Source: Aplysia californica (Eukaryota). Taken from it: a DNA stretch of 64,000 nucleotides. The notes beneath the pieces are model-generated. The model was given only the letters and a program-made list of their open reading frames with translations. It ran no database searches and had not been told where the DNA came from. Made by a program: the position numbers and the translations under genes. This document shows, piece after piece, positions 62,826-64,000 of this stretch. The stretch lies in assembly GCF_000002075.1 (NCBI RefSeq), contig NW_004797755.1, positions 64,472 through 128,471 on the forward strand, read 5' to 3'. Position 1 is the stretch's first letter; each line of letters begins with the position of its first letter.

Positions 62826-63415
62826 AAAGTTGGCCGCGAATTGTGACTGTCATCAAGAACTCATCAATAAACAGTACCATTTTGGAAAGTGGACAGAGAT
62901 CTTCACTCTTGGTGGCTTAAATTAATAGTCACGACATGCTTAGATTAGCAAATTGTTTTTGCCGTACTTTTACTTGGTGTCTCGGTTATAGATCTAACTG
63001 AGGATTTTTTCGTATCTTTTCTTGTCTCTGTCTTCTGTATTGGGCACCCGTCTCAATGAAAACCATCGCGTAATGGGAAAATACGTCCAATGCTAGACTT
63101 GGGCAAGCATCTTGCGTGTTGGCTCAGTGAACGAATGGGAGGGTTTTTCCCTAGGCTATCTTAGATCTGATACAGTCTGTGTGTCTTGTCCCGTGCCAGA
63201 ATACGAGAGTAGCTCCGCCTATTTCCTCTTTGTATGTTCCTCTTTTGTTGCGGTGCTCTCTAGCCTATTGTCCGTCCGAGAGAAGTGGTCAGTGTACGTT
63301 TTTGAGGGAGGGGGGNNNNNNNNNNNNNNNNNNNNNNNNNNNNNNNNNNNNNNNNNNNNNNNNNNNNNNNNNNNNNNNNNNNNNNNNNNNNNNNNNNNNN
63401 NNNNNNNNNNNNNNN

Positions 63416-63451
<36 letters not shown>

Positions 63452-63698
63452 TGCGCGCGCGCGTGCGTGCGTGTATGTGTGTGTGTTTTCTGTTCTACAG
63501 CTCTGTCAATTACTGTACCGACGCTTATCTGATAAGAAGTTTGACAAATTATTGCAGATGATTTATTTAAATTTCGTTACCTCTTTTTTATACAATGTAT
63601 ATGTCTTCTTCGAGCGAGTGAAAAAGGGAGAAAGAAGGGGGGTAGGGGCAGTGAAAGAGGGATTTGGAGAGAGAGGGAGAGAGAAGAATAAGTAGAAG

Positions 63699-63706
<8 letters not shown>

Positions 63707-63778
<72 letters not shown>
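63707..63778. repeat. (GA)n microsatellite
   Basis: Directly visible. Confidence 0.95.
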
Positions 63779-63779
<1 letters not shown>

Positions 63780-64000
63780 ATAAATATTGCTATTTGTTGA
63801 CAGAACTGAACTGAAAACCTGTTGATATGGCTTGATCAGTTTCAAAATTGGATAGTCTATGATGAAAGGGAGATCATTATATTGTTTGGAAAGAAGGAGA
63901 GGGGGTTGGAAGAGGTATTTACTGTGGCTTATTGCAGTACTTCTTCTCGCACCTCTGCTAAAGCTCAGCGTATTCGACTTAGACCTTCTTCTCTTAGTGC

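Overview
This is eukaryotic (animal) genomic DNA from a gappy draft assembly. The repeat landscape suggests a lophotrochozoan, probably a gastropod mollusc, but that is inference. The left half holds one complete + strand gene, COG7 (conserved oligomeric Golgi complex subunit 7). I spliced it by hand into 23 coding exons (681..28558, 2253 nt, 750 aa + stop) with every intron phase consistent. It has an ATG-only first coding exon and one GC-AG intron. Its introns are full of decayed transposons: piggyBac-like TTAA MITEs, a mariner fold-back palindrome, a Merlin remnant, nested Tc1/pogo-like MITEs, RNase H-bearing I-group LINE fragments, a hAT-like element with a 6-bp TSD, RTE remnants and SINEs. 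The right half (about 33-64 kb) has no recognisable protein domain apart from retroelement scraps. It contains candidate 5' exons of a second + strand gene, many microsatellites and N gaps, tRNA-derived SINEs, and two short repeat families whose copies all appear to lie on the + strand. I found no convincing new biological system and no prokaryotic-type features such as CRISPR arrays or operons. The best leads are the ~370-bp-arm intronic hairpin, the strand-biased short repeats, the TTAGGG-carrying inverted-repeat elements and the unresolved second gene.
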